Assembly (NCBI GenBank): GCA_964520545.1
Contig: CAZFOD010000004.1
Span: 4,844 to 68,843 of the forward strand
Length of the DNA stretch: 64,000 nucleotides
Direction: 5' to 3'
From: an uncultured Candidatus Saccharibacteria bacterium
GTDB lineage: Bacteria > Patescibacteriota > Minisyncoccia > Phycocordibacterales > CAIZLB01
The position numbers and the translations under genes are program-made. Of the stretch, positions 39,447-49,890 are shown in pieces. Position 1 is the first letter of the stretch; every line of letters begins with the position of its first letter. The notes under the pieces were generated by a model. The model ran no database searches and was not told the DNA's origin. It saw only the letters and a program-made list of their open reading frames with translations.

Positions 39447-40488
39447 CTTCGTTTTGAATTAGCATGTCATAGAAAGACTCGAGGTCTTCGAGGATAATAC
39501 CGGCACCTCTCGCAACAGCAGTCAAAGGATCATTAGCTAGATGCACTGGAATACCTACATACTCAGAGAGGACCTCTGGTAGACCTCGAATGAGTGCTCC
39601 TCCACCTGAAAGATGGATACCATTTCTCATAACATCAGAAAGTATTTCGGGTGGCGTTGTCTCAAGTACCTCCTTTACTGAATCAAGGAGCGTATCTATT
39701 GCAGCACCAATTGCCTCTCTCACATCCGCATCAGTGACAATAACTTCTCGTGGAAGTCCGGTGACAAGATCACGCCCACGTATCGCAGCTTCAAGCGGAG
39801 GCTGGCATGGGATGACACTCGCAATCTGTATCTTAATATCCTCAGCAGTCTTTTCTCCAATCAAAATCTTAAACTCATTTCGTATATACGACATGATGTC
39901 GCTGTTAAACTTGTCACCAGCAATCTTAAGATTTTTTGCTCGTACAATTCCTCCTAATGAAATGACAGCGATATCTGTTGTTCCGCCACCGATGTCGATA
40001 ATCATACTTCCAGTAGCTTCCCGTACAGGAAGACGAATACCGATTGCAGCAGACATTGGCTCTTCAATGATATGCACCTCTCTTGCACCTGCATTTTTAG
40101 CAGCATCACGAACCGCACGACGCTCTACGTTAGTAACTCCATAAGGCACACCAATAACAACTTTTGGACCAAGCATTTTCTTCGAAATACCTTCTGCTTT
40201 CTTGATGAGATATGAAAGCATTTCTTCTGTTACCTCAAAGTCAGAGATGACACCGTCGACAAGAGGACGTACCGCAACAATGTGTCCTGGAGTTCTTCCA
40301 AGCATTGCCTTAGCTTGTGTACCAACGGCAACCACACGTCCTGTCTTTTGATTTACAGCAACAACTGATGGTTCATTTATGATCACACCTCTTCCAGAAA
40401 CATACACAAGCGTATTAGCAGTACCGAGGTCGATACCGATGTCGTTGGAAGCCATCTTAAAGAATTTTTTTCGTAAATTGTTGAACAT
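39424..40488 (-). CDS. mreB: rod shape protein MreB (operonic copy)
   Basis: IDLGTANT, EPSVVA, DIGGGTTD. Confidence 0.97.
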   Translation of the reverse strand: MFNNLRKKFFKMASNDIGIDLGTANTLVYVSGRGVIINEPSVVAVNQKTGRVVAVGTQAKAMLGRTPGHIVAVRPLVDGVISDFEVTEEMLSYLIKKAEGISKKMLGPKVVIGVPYGVTNVERRAVRDAAKNAGAREVHIIEEPMSAAIGIRLPVREATGSMIIDIGGGTTDIAVISLGGIVRAKNLKIAGDKFNSDIMSYIRNEFKILIGEKTAEDIKIQIASVIPCQPPLEAAIRGRDLVTGLPREVIVTDADVREAIGAAIDTLLDSVKEVLETTPPEILSDVMRNGIHLSGGGALIRGLPEVLSEYVGIPVHLANDPLTAVARGAGIILEDLESFYDMLIQNEDELPSAR

Positions 40489-40492
40489 AGTA

Positions 40493-41773
40493 TTACTGAG
40501 CGTTCCGAACCAGATTCATACGTACAAGGATTTCATCTGAAGCAACGTGAGTGACTTCTCCAGACTTTCGATCTTTCACTTCGAGCAACATTTTTCCATC
40601 TGGACCAACTGTATTCTTGTCACTTACTACAATGCGAGTTGGTAATCCAATGAGATCTGCATCGTTTAGCTTCTCTCCTGCTCGTGCGTGTGCACGGTCG
40701 TCATAGAGTACTTCAAAACCAGCGTCCTGAAGTTCTTGATACAGTTTGTCAGCTCGAGAAGCGGCATCGTCTGAACCAGATATATGTACAAGGTGAATAT
40801 CAAATGGAGCAACACTTCTTGGCCAAATGATTCCAGCCTCATCATTCGATGCCTCTACAATTGCACCCATGAGCCGAGGTACACCGATGCCATAGCTTCC
40901 CATGATGACAGGTTGCATACTTCCGTCTTCTGCTTGGAATGACAATCCTAAAGGTTCAGAAAACTTTGTTCCGAGATTAAATATATTTCCAACCTCTACT
41001 GCTTTTTCTTCAACGAGGTCTTCTCTTTTGAGATCAAGTTGTGCAAGCACCTCGTCGGTAAGCACCTCTTGATTTATGGCAATATTCTTTTTCTTGTCGA
41101 CGAAGATAGAATCTTCTCCTGCATCAGTAAGCATTTGAAACTCATGTGAAAATTGTGCAAATGACCCGCCTGATGCAAAAGTAACAAATGTCTTATCTCC
41201 AATACCCGCTTTCTGAAATATCTTCACATATGCCTCTTTTGCCTTTTCATAGAACTGAGCACGGCCATCTTCTGTAGCAGAAAAAGAATAAAGGTCTTTC
41301 ATAAGAAATTCCCTTCCTCGGAGAATACCGCTTTTTGCTCGCTTTTCGTTTCGGAACTTTGTCTGGAATTGATATATGTACGCAGGAAGATCTCGGAAAG
41401 ATCGAATGTGATCTTTAAGAACTGTTGTGAGAGGCTCTTCGTGAGTGAAGCCGAGACCAAGCTCAGTATCATTCTTCAACTTTGTCTTAAACCAGTTATC
41501 AACAACAGCATCATCCCATCGCCCAGTCTTTGTCCACATTTCCTTTTCCTGAAGTGATGCGAGAGAAACTTCTTGACCACCAATTGCATTCATCTCATCA
41601 CGAATGATTGTTTTAATCTTTTCGATTACTCGTTCTCCAAGTGGTAGGTAGGAATATACGCCAGCCTGCATCTTTTGAATAAATCCGGCACGAATAAGGA
41701 GCTGCGCATTCTTTGAAGTCTCATCTTTTGGAGCTTCTCGACGGGTCTTTGTAAAGAGGTGTGATTGGCGCAT
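40493..41773 (-). CDS. proS: prolyl-tRNA synthetase (short, no editing insertion)
   Basis: MRQSHLF, LLIRAGFI, FRNEKR, EFLMKDLYSF, MGSYGIG. Confidence 0.96.
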   Translation of the reverse strand: MRQSHLFTKTRREAPKDETSKNAQLLIRAGFIQKMQAGVYSYLPLGERVIEKIKTIIRDEMNAIGGQEVSLASLQEKEMWTKTGRWDDAVVDNWFKTKLKNDTELGLGFTHEEPLTTVLKDHIRSFRDLPAYIYQFQTKFRNEKRAKSGILRGREFLMKDLYSFSATEDGRAQFYEKAKEAYVKIFQKAGIGDKTFVTFASGGSFAQFSHEFQMLTDAGEDSIFVDKKKNIAINQEVLTDEVLAQLDLKREDLVEEKAVEVGNIFNLGTKFSEPLGLSFQAEDGSMQPVIMGSYGIGVPRLMGAIVEASNDEAGIIWPRSVAPFDIHLVHISGSDDAASRADKLYQELQDAGFEVLYDDRAHARAGEKLNDADLIGLPTRIVVSDKNTVGPDGKMLLEVKDRKSGEVTHVASDEILVRMNLVRNAQ

Positions 41774-41826
41774 AGTTGCCCTATTCTATAGAAAAACAAA
41801 GGAGGACACAACTAACCAGTTCCTAG

Positions 41827-42906
41827 CTAGAAGAACCTGGAAATATCCTTGAAGGTAACCAATATCATGAGCAGTATGAGGAAGCAGAATCCAATGACAT
41901 TAACCCAATTGATGACAGAGGGCTTAAGGGGTCGTCGTATGATGGCCTCTATTGCAACAACTACTAGTCGCCCGCCATCTAGAGCTGGAAATGGCACAAG
42001 GTTTATAGCAGCAAGGTTTACTGAAATCACTGCTGTTATGGTAATGAGATATGCAATGCCCATTCGTGAAGCTTCACCGACAACACCCGCAATACCAACA
42101 GGGCCACTCACATCTTTAAAGTTTGCCTGGCCTATGAATATGTTTCCGATGAAAGTAGAAAGTCCTTTAACTACGTTTACTGAAAGATGATATGTCTGGA
42201 TGGCACCAAAATACAAAGCAGAGAAAGGATTCATTCTAATCGTTCCAACTTCACTCATTGAAATGCCGATTGCCTTCTTCCCTTCAACAATTCCAGGCTT
42301 AGGAACGACAGTTGCAGATTTAGTCTCTCTGTTTTCTGTATATGTCACAGCAATCTGACTACTTGTTGCAATGAGATCTTGAACTGATGCAATGGTAAGA
42401 GATGAGGTGGCAAGAGTTACACCGGCGCCATACACACTAACAAGTTCAATTCCAGGCTTAAGACCTGCCAACGCTGCAGGGCTATCAGCAGATACAAAAT
42501 CAATGACCACAGACCGGTCTTTAACCGAAGATGTTGGGAAACCTTCAGTTGTTGTCTTTGTACCAATGCTTAGTGAAAGTGAGATGAGAAGCCATGCGAA
42601 GATGACATTGAAAGTAACTCCTGCAACAAGAACAATTGCCTGCTGCCATCGAGGCTTAGAAAGAATACTGTCAGATGTCACTTCATCATCAGGGCTTTCT
42701 CCAAATATACGAACATACCCTCCTAGTGGCAAAAGATTAATTGCATACCGAGTCTTACCCCATACCCTACTCCAGATTTGTGGAGGAAAACCAACGGCAA
42801 ATTCATCTACTCGAATTCCGAATAGTCTTGCCGCTAGAAAATGTCCGAGTTCATGAACAAATACAAGGATTGTGAGGACTATGAGAAAGATTATTGTTGT
42901 GAGCAT
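41827..42906 (-). CDS. rseP: site-2 protease RseP (M50, PDZ)
   Basis: HELGH, PLGGYV, NLVPFPALDGG. Confidence 0.95.
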   Translation of the reverse strand: MLTTIIFLIVLTILVFVHELGHFLAARLFGIRVDEFAVGFPPQIWSRVWGKTRYAINLLPLGGYVRIFGESPDDEVTSDSILSKPRWQQAIVLVAGVTFNVIFAWLLISLSLSIGTKTTTEGFPTSSVKDRSVVIDFVSADSPAALAGLKPGIELVSVYGAGVTLATSSLTIASVQDLIATSSQIAVTYTENRETKSATVVPKPGIVEGKKAIGISMSEVGTIRMNPFSALYFGAIQTYHLSVNVVKGLSTFIGNIFIGQANFKDVSGPVGIAGVVGEASRMGIAYLITITAVISVNLAAINLVPFPALDGGRLVVVAIEAIIRRPLKPSVINWVNVIGFCFLILLMILVTFKDISRFF

Positions 42907-42908
42907 TA

Positions 42909-43460
42909 TTATATTGAGATTTCCTGCTCCTTTTTGTTGAATAGCTCCTCAAGCTTTCTTGAACCTTCCTGTACATGCTTTTCCATTTCTGCCTTGTTTC
43001 GCATCATTTCATCCTCTCCCATTTCTCCATTCTTCTTCTTTTCATTAAGGTCATCAGAAACTTCACTTCGCTCTCGTCGAATTGCAACACGAGCATCTTC
43101 AAGCTTCTCTTTTGCAACCTTTACCAACTGCTGCCTTCTTTCTCCTGTAAGTTCTGGGAAGATGACACGAACACCTTTGTCGTCTACAGCGACAGATACA
43201 CCGAGATTTGATGCGGTGATAGCTCGTTCAATTGCCTGTGTCTGAGATGAATCCCATGGAGAGATTCGGATAGTCTTTGCATCCTCAGTTGAGATGTTTG
43301 CCAAAGAGTTTATGGGCATTTCTGTGCCATATGATTCTACCTTTATACCATCAAGGAAAGCAGTTGAGGCCCTACCTGTACGAATCCCTGCAAACTCACG
43401 AGTAAGCCAATCTTGAGTCTCTTTAATCTTCTGTTGTAGTTTGGAAAAATTATATGCCAT
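42909..43460 (-). CDS. frr: ribosome recycling factor
   Basis: IRTGRA, PELTGERR; start MAYNF at 43460. Confidence 0.97.
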   Translation of the reverse strand: MAYNFSKLQQKIKETQDWLTREFAGIRTGRASTAFLDGIKVESYGTEMPINSLANISTEDAKTIRISPWDSSQTQAIERAITASNLGVSVAVDDKGVRVIFPELTGERRQQLVKVAKEKLEDARVAIRRERSEVSDDLNEKKKNGEMGEDEMMRNKAEMEKHVQEGSRKLEELFNKKEQEISI

Positions 43461-43541
43461 ATGGGACGATTTTAGCATGTTTGATACACAAAACAAAACC
43501 CGTCGCCACCTGGCAACGGGTTTTAGCTTCCTCACGGTAGA

Positions 43542-43790
43542 TTAGCCAGGGTTGCCAATCTTGATACGGAAACGCGGTTCGTGATCGAGGTGGCCGATGC
43601 GAGTGGCGCGGTACATTATTTTGTCGATGCGACGAACGTTGTGAGTCTCTCCGCCAGCCGAGGAGCAATAGACGACCTTTTCGGGAATTTCTTCTTTTCC
43701 AATGACAACGACGGCGTCATAGGCATAGCCTGGAGTGGGAAGAATCATAGAGATTTGAGGTTGAGATGTGCTATTCATAGACAGTTCCAT
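43542..43790 (-). CDS. orphan small protein
   Basis: 82 aa; own TTGACG promoter near 43867 and terminator 43490..43525. Confidence 0.55.
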   Translation of the reverse strand: MELSMNSTSQPQISMILPTPGYAYDAVVVIGKEEIPEKVVYCSSAGGETHNVRRIDKIMYRATRIGHLDHEPRFRIKIGNPG

Positions 43791-43871
43791 CAGAATTTAT
43801 CGGGATTAACCACACAACGTTATTGTTGTCCTAAAAAGGATATATCACCGCATGGCATTCTCGTCAACGGT

Positions 43872-44972
43872 TTACCGCAGTGTGATAAGCATAATCTCAG
43901 AATCAGTACCTACCCTCATTGGAGGACCCCATGTACCGACACCACTTGTCGTAATGACCTTAAGACTAGAATCTGTTCCGAATGAATTGAGACCATAATC
44001 GAATCCTTTAAAGATTAGCTTTGGTATGTAGCTAAAAGGATACATCTGCGCGCGATGAGTGTGACCTGAGACCTGGAGAGATATACCAGCTTCGTACGGT
44101 ATTTCAAGTAAGTTTGGTTGGTGTTTTATTAAAATCGAAGCAACTCCCCTATCTATATCCAAACCTTCAATAACCTTACTAAAAGTCTCTCTGTTAGTAG
44201 ATGTCGTATCGTCTACGCCGATGATTTGTAGACCATCAACAACAATCATTTCATCATTCAATACCTTAATGCCTGTTCCTGATACGGCAGAAAGAAACTT
44301 TGAGTTATCTCTAAAGTTCTCATGGTTTCCTGTGGCAAAGTAAGTTCCAAAAGGTGTACGTAATGCGCGAAGAGGCTCAATAATATCTACTTCATCAACC
44401 TTCACTCCATCATAGAGATCCCCTGGCATCAAAACGATATCAGGTGACAGTGAATTAATCTTCTCAACTACCTTAGTGGCAAATGCTTTAGAATTCACTT
44501 GGCCCAGATGCATATCTGCAACTAAAACTAATCTTCTCCCCTTCCAGCTTTCTGGAAGGTTAGGCACCTCAACATTTATTTCCGATACAACGATCTGTCG
44601 TGCGTGAAAGAGACCATATATTCCACCAATGACTGATACAGCGATTAATATCATTCCAACAATATTCACCGGCTTATCAAACAACTTTGCGAATAATGTG
44701 CAAAGGGAAAATACAACAGACGAAATGAAGAGATATCCCAGAAAGCCAAGCCATGTTACTGAGAGCGTATACAAAGTTCTACTCAGCATATTGTTAAAAT
44801 TAGAGGCAAAGATTGCAGACAATATGAATGAAACAGCAAGGACTACAAAAACACTACGCATTACAACCAAAGCGCTACCTCCCGATATTGCAAATGTAAC
44901 AATGAACATCTTGTAAACAGCGAGATGTACCAAGAAAACTATAGCGGTAACAATTGAAATGAATATGATCAT
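43872..44972 (-). CDS. membrane-anchored metallophosphoesterase (YkuE/YaeI-like)
   Basis: DMH, GDLYD, GNHE, HQP, SGHTH. Confidence 0.93.
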   Translation of the reverse strand: MIIFISIVTAIVFLVHLAVYKMFIVTFAISGGSALVVMRSVFVVLAVSFILSAIFASNFNNMLSRTLYTLSVTWLGFLGYLFISSVVFSLCTLFAKLFDKPVNIVGMILIAVSVIGGIYGLFHARQIVVSEINVEVPNLPESWKGRRLVLVADMHLGQVNSKAFATKVVEKINSLSPDIVLMPGDLYDGVKVDEVDIIEPLRALRTPFGTYFATGNHENFRDNSKFLSAVSGTGIKVLNDEMIVVDGLQIIGVDDTTSTNRETFSKVIEGLDIDRGVASILIKHQPNLLEIPYEAGISLQVSGHTHRAQMYPFSYIPKLIFKGFDYGLNSFGTDSSLKVITTSGVGTWGPPMRVGTDSEIMLITLR

Positions 44973-45643
44973 ATTTTTTTAATTCTAAGTGAAATGTATT
45001 CCAGTATCATTTTTATTGAACTCGATGGATCACGGAGATAATCAGAGGCTCGTGCAATGACAGAAAGATTATCAGCACTCTTGTCTTTCGAATGAGCGGA
45101 TTCCAGAACAGCTGACACAAACTGGAATATATCTTCCTTAGTTACCCGCTCCTTATCAAGATCAGCAATCATTTCTTTAACCATATCGAGGCGGAGTGAA
45201 ACTGAAGATGAAAGAAATTTCTTCACGCGTGGATCATGTGACTCTTCTCCTCCTCCAATATCGATGACGTGTACACGTGATAGGACTGTAGGAAGTAACA
45301 TTGAGACTGTAGGAAATGCAATGAAGAAGTGAGTGTTAGCAGTAGGTTCTTCAATCATCTTAAGAATGCTGTTTTGTGCCTGCATACTAATTCCGTTTCC
45401 TAGTATTACTATCACCTTCTTTGGCCCAATGGGAACTCTTTGATGCATTGAAATGGCATCTTGTAGATCTTCAATACCAATAGAACCATATTCCCCAACG
45501 AATACGTCGGGGTTTCCCTGAAAAGGAATCTTCATTTTCTCCACAACAAACTTTTCAATCTCCGTCTTTGCCTTTGCTAAAGATTCAGAGGTTATGACAT
45601 ATGCGTGATGGAGTTTCGATGGGTCAAGTTGAAGAGAAAGCAT
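44969..45643 (-). CDS. holB: DNA polymerase III delta-prime-like subunit (short)
   Basis: HHAY, NPDV, AQNSILKMIEEP, LLPTVLSR. Confidence 0.8.
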   Translation of the reverse strand: MLSLQLDPSKLHHAYVITSESLAKAKTEIEKFVVEKMKIPFQGNPDVFVGEYGSIGIEDLQDAISMHQRVPIGPKKVIVILGNGISMQAQNSILKMIEEPTANTHFFIAFPTVSMLLPTVLSRVHVIDIGGGEESHDPRVKKFLSSSVSLRLDMVKEMIADLDKERVTKEDIFQFVSAVLESAHSKDKSADNLSVIARASDYLRDPSSSIKMILEYISLRIKKI

Positions 45644-45700
45644 GTGGGTATTGTACATGGAAAACGCGGAAGCATACATGCAAACGCCCCACTTAGTCCT

Positions 45701-46714
45701 TTATCTCTTCGCAATTATAGTCTTCTTGTACGTATCCAAATGCTCAAGTGCAATACCTGTTCCTTTAGCAACACAATACAAAGCATCTTTAGCGAGAGCC
45801 GCTTTCACACCAGTGCGTCGAAATACCAATTCAGGAAGATTACGAAGCTGAGAAGATCCACCAGTCATGATGATGCCGTGGTCAATGATATCTGAAGCTA
45901 GTTCCGGAGGAGTTTCCTGAAGTACATCTTTAATTGCTTTCACCATGTCCCTGAGTTCTTTGCTTATAGCCTTCACAATCTCATTTGTCTTAATATCAAC
46001 CGAACGAGGAAGACCTGTAAGGAAATCTCTTCCTTTAATAGTCATTGTAAGTTCTTCTTCCACTGGTACCGCTGATCCAATATTTATCTTAATATCCTCC
46101 GCTGTCTTGTCTCCAATACCTAGGTTATATGTTTTTTTAATAAAGTCAGCGATTGCAGCATCAATTCGATTACCAGCACACTTAACTGATGTGCATGCAA
46201 CAATTCCTCCCAAAGAGATTACGGCAACATCAGTTGTACCTCCACCAATGTCGACAATCATATGTCCTACCGCTTCTTGAATTGAAATACCAGCACCGAT
46301 AGCAGCAAGAATTGGTTCCTTAACAACGTATGCATTCTTAGCACCTGCTTTTATTGCAGCTTCAATTACTGCACGTCTTTCAGTTGATGTCACTCCAGCA
46401 GGAACTGACACCATAACTTCAGGTTTCCAAATATTCCATCTTCCCAATGCTTTGTTTATAAAATACCGGAGCATCGCTTCTGTTACTCGATAGTCAGCGA
46501 TAACACCATCTTTCATCGGGCGATATGCAATGATGCTGTCCGGTGTCTTACCAATCATATCTTTTGCATCATTACCTACAGCTAGAATCTGGTTATCCTG
46601 CTCGGACACGGCAACAACAGAAGGTTCGTTGAGTACAATTCCCTTCCCTGGTAAAAACACGAGCGTGTTAGCTGTACCAAGATCTATCCCGAGTTTTTTA
46701 GAAAACATTCCCAT
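45701..46714 (-). CDS. mreB: second MreB/Mbl paralogue
   Basis: IDLGTANT, RPMKDGVIAD, DIGGGTTD. Confidence 0.95.
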   Translation of the reverse strand: MGMFSKKLGIDLGTANTLVFLPGKGIVLNEPSVVAVSEQDNQILAVGNDAKDMIGKTPDSIIAYRPMKDGVIADYRVTEAMLRYFINKALGRWNIWKPEVMVSVPAGVTSTERRAVIEAAIKAGAKNAYVVKEPILAAIGAGISIQEAVGHMIVDIGGGTTDVAVISLGGIVACTSVKCAGNRIDAAIADFIKKTYNLGIGDKTAEDIKINIGSAVPVEEELTMTIKGRDFLTGLPRSVDIKTNEIVKAISKELRDMVKAIKDVLQETPPELASDIIDHGIIMTGGSSQLRNLPELVFRRTGVKAALAKDALYCVAKGTGIALEHLDTYKKTIIAKR

Positions 46715-46821
46715 GAGGCAATGATACAGCAAAGCAAGGTTGCTATCAATTTATGAAAAAACCGCCGTTCACACCCCTGTAGGTGCAAACGGCGGAATTT
46801 GGAGTTGCTTGGGTTGGGACC

Positions 46822-47193
46822 TTAAGCAGCAGCCTTTTCGGAAACCCAGCTCAGGGCGTCCACGATGTGTTGTGCTCCGGCCCGGAGTCGAAACATCGCC
46901 TCGTTGGTACTGACATATTCCGGGATGATTTCGCCGCCGGAGGCCCGTAGGTCATCACGGAACATGAGTGACTTGGCAACGGTTTCGACGATGTCCTCGA
47001 CGCCGTAGATCGTTCCGTCGATCATCGATTCGATCACGTTCACATACTGGCTATGTGCAGACTCCTCGGTCAGGATGACCTTACGGTCGCGCAGCACGCA
47101 AATGGCCACGACGTGGGTAACGATCATGGAATTGTTTTTTTGTGGGTCACCATCGCGAGTGATTCCGAGCAGGTAGCGATTGATTTTAATCAT
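46822..47193 (-). CDS. orphan protein
   Basis: 123 aa; TTGCTA-17-CATAAT promoter; terminator 46756..46800. Confidence 0.65.
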   Translation of the reverse strand: MIKINRYLLGITRDGDPQKNNSMIVTHVVAICVLRDRKVILTEESAHSQYVNVIESMIDGTIYGVEDIVETVAKSLMFRDDLRASGGEIIPEYVSTNEAMFRLRAGAQHIVDALSWVSEKAAA

Positions 47194-47338
47194 GTCTGTT
47201 GTTGGATTTCTGAATGTTCAAGTTTCCTCGTCGAGCTCATGGAATACAAACTCGTTGAAAACGTTTGACATTATGCAACAAGATACAATATATAGCAACC
47301 CACTCGTAAAACGGCTTAAAATCTGACAATATATACGT

Positions 47339-49282
47339 GTGTATATAGTTACCGTATTTCCCATCGCTCGAAATGCATTCAAAGAGCGCCTCTCATACTG
47401 GAGCGCTCATTCATTCCGCTCAGGAAGCATCATTACAGTCCCTGTTAGAGGGCGAAATATTGCTGCACTTGTGGAAACAGTGCAGTCAGCACAGCAAGCA
47501 AAGACAGCAGTGAAGAATGCAAACTTCATGACGAAGAAAATTGAGCAAGCTGACGAAAGAATGCTTGTACGCCCAGGATGTGTACGCGCAGCAATTAAAA
47601 CTTCTGCTTTCTTCATTTCTCCTTTTGGCCAAGTACTGCGAAGCCTCATTCCTGAGTCGATTCTAAGCGCACCACTAGATGTGGTTAAAGAAATATCGGA
47701 AAATGAGAAAAACGAATCTCGAAAGAGTGTAAAAAGTGTTGATGATGAGGGTAATGATATCGTTCCTGAAATCCTTACATTCCAAACCAATGATGCAGAT
47801 AGATACAGCTCATACAAAAGTATTGTCAGAGAAGAGTTTGCGAGAAAGCGATCGGTACTGATGATAGTTCCAACAGTTGTTGTTGCGGATGACCTCTCTC
47901 AAATATTGAGAAAAGGTATCGACGACTATGTTGTCGTACTCCATAGCGGTGTTAGCAAGAAGAAACAGCGAACCGAATGGGTGCGTGCAGTTACAGAGGA
48001 ACACCCCATCCTGATCATAGCGACACAAAACTTCATGTCAGTACCTCGACGTGATGTTCATACCATAATACTAGAAAAGGAATCGTCTCGTGCGTACCTT
48101 TCGACAAGACCTCCATATATTGACGCAAGGACGCATGCGGAATATTACGCGAGAGAGATAGGTGCGCGCCTCATATATGGAGATTCCCTTCTTCGCATCG
48201 AAACACTTCACAGAAGAGAGTCTGGAGAAGTTGGAGATCTTTTCTCTCCATCATTTCGCATTGAAAACGGTCCTCAAACTCTCATCGTCAACATGTCAGA
48301 TGTGATTCACAAAGCGACAAAGGAGAACAAACATTCCCCCATCATGAGTGAGGAGCTCATATCAATGATCCAATATGCCATAGACAAGAAAAGTCGTATG
48401 TTCATATATTGCGCACGGAAAGGTTTAGCACCACAAACAGTCTGCGGTGATTGCTCACAGACCGTTCTCTGCGATCAGTGCCAGGCACCAGTTGTACTGC
48501 ATCAATCAAAGTCAGAGGACGAACGTTTTTTTCTCTGCCATCATTGTGGAAAAAAGCGAAGCGCAGCAGAGCGATGTAAGAAATGCCAAAGTTGGAAACT
48601 CATCACTCTCGGCATTGGTATGGATACGGTATTCCAGGAAATATCAAAACTCTTCCCAAAGGGAAATATTTTCAAGATTGATAGAGACACTGTGTCGACA
48701 GACAAGCAGGCACGCATAATCATTGGAGAATTTGAAAAAACTCCAGGTGCAATTCTTGTTGGAACCGAAACCGCCCTCGCCTTCTTACCTCAAGTGCCCT
48801 ACACCGCAATCGCATCACTTGATAGTCTCTTTTCACTACCAGACTTCCGTCTTAACGAGCGAATTTGTCATACACTTCTTCGATTAATATCTTCAACAAG
48901 TGAATACTTCCTCATACAAACACGTAACCCATCAGCACAGATATTGGAACAAGTAACTCGTGGTGCTCTCACTGACTTCTACAGAAAGGAAATTGAAATG
49001 AGGCAGATGCTCCAATACCCTCCATTCTCAACATTCATAAAAGTAACTGCGGAAGGGAGAAAGGCGGATATTGCGAGCAAAATGGAGCGCCTACAACAAA
49101 TGCTCGAGCCGTGGCCAACATCTGTCTTCCCCGCTTTCATACCAACAATTAAAGGAAATTCAGTGCTCCACATGCTCATAACCGTACCCCCTGAATCTTG
49201 GCCCGATGAAGGTTTAACTGCCACCCTCTCTTCACTTCAGCCCGATTTTGTGGTAAAAGTTAATCCTGAAAGCCTACTCTAA
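47339..49282 (+). CDS. priA: primosomal protein N-prime, degenerate helicase motifs
   Basis: VPVRGR 3-prime binding domain, 4 CxxC pairs, PDFR, IQT, YPPF. Confidence 0.9.
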   Translation: MYIVTVFPIARNAFKERLSYWSAHSFRSGSIITVPVRGRNIAALVETVQSAQQAKTAVKNANFMTKKIEQADERMLVRPGCVRAAIKTSAFFISPFGQVLRSLIPESILSAPLDVVKEISENEKNESRKSVKSVDDEGNDIVPEILTFQTNDADRYSSYKSIVREEFARKRSVLMIVPTVVVADDLSQILRKGIDDYVVVLHSGVSKKKQRTEWVRAVTEEHPILIIATQNFMSVPRRDVHTIILEKESSRAYLSTRPPYIDARTHAEYYAREIGARLIYGDSLLRIETLHRRESGEVGDLFSPSFRIENGPQTLIVNMSDVIHKATKENKHSPIMSEELISMIQYAIDKKSRMFIYCARKGLAPQTVCGDCSQTVLCDQCQAPVVLHQSKSEDERFFLCHHCGKKRSAAERCKKCQSWKLITLGIGMDTVFQEISKLFPKGNIFKIDRDTVSTDKQARIIIGEFEKTPGAILVGTETALAFLPQVPYTAIASLDSLFSLPDFRLNERICHTLLRLISSTSEYFLIQTRNPSAQILEQVTRGALTDFYRKEIEMRQMLQYPPFSTFIKVTAEGRKADIASKMERLQQMLEPWPTSVFPAFIPTIKGNSVLHMLITVPPESWPDEGLTATLSSLQPDFVVKVNPESLL

Positions 49283-49881
49283 TGAGCCCCACAAAACCCC
49301 AGAAAACTTCAAAGAAGCATATCCCTGAGATTGTTCAAGCTGGACACCCTGCACTCCACACAGTCGCTAAAGAGATTCCTCTAAAGGAAATCACCTCCTT
49401 AAAAACAAAGAAGGTCATAGAAGACATGCGACTGGCGTTAAATAGCCAAGATGATGGTATAGGTCTTGCAGCACCACAAATCGGAGTCTCACTTCGCATC
49501 TTCATGGTATCAGGCAAAGTCCTACTCCCTCCGGAGGAGCGTCTCCACGCAACTGAAGGTAAGAAAATAAATATGAAAATCCCTGATGACATAGTATTCA
49601 TCAACCCTGTCCTGATCAAAGAATCGAAAGAAAAGAAATGGCTTGATGGCGAAGGATGTCTTTCTGTTCGATGGCTCTACGGAAAAGTAAAAAGATCAAC
49701 AAAGGTAACCATTCGAGCATATGACGAAAAAGGGAAAATGTTTGAACGTGGAGCGAGCGGATTGATGGCTCACATATTCCAACATGAAGTAGATCACTTA
49801 AACGGAATCCTTTTCATCGACAAGGCAAAAGATGTTCAGGAACTCGAAAGAGAACCTGACGGTCACACTCACTCTGCTTAG
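49282..49881 (+). CDS. def: peptide deformylase
   Basis: GIGLAAPQIG, EGCLS, QHEVDHLNG. Confidence 0.98.
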   Translation: MSPTKPQKTSKKHIPEIVQAGHPALHTVAKEIPLKEITSLKTKKVIEDMRLALNSQDDGIGLAAPQIGVSLRIFMVSGKVLLPPEERLHATEGKKINMKIPDDIVFINPVLIKESKEKKWLDGEGCLSVRWLYGKVKRSTKVTIRAYDEKGKMFERGASGLMAHIFQHEVDHLNGILFIDKAKDVQELEREPDGHTHSA

Positions 49882-49890
49882 CCATACCTC

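Noticed and set aside
47248-47259. 12-mer TTCAACGAGTTT shared (minus strand) with leader position 56793..56804, both opening a CGAGTT hairpin
   Set aside because: One 12-nt match among several kb of intergenic DNA is about what chance gives; no third copy found.
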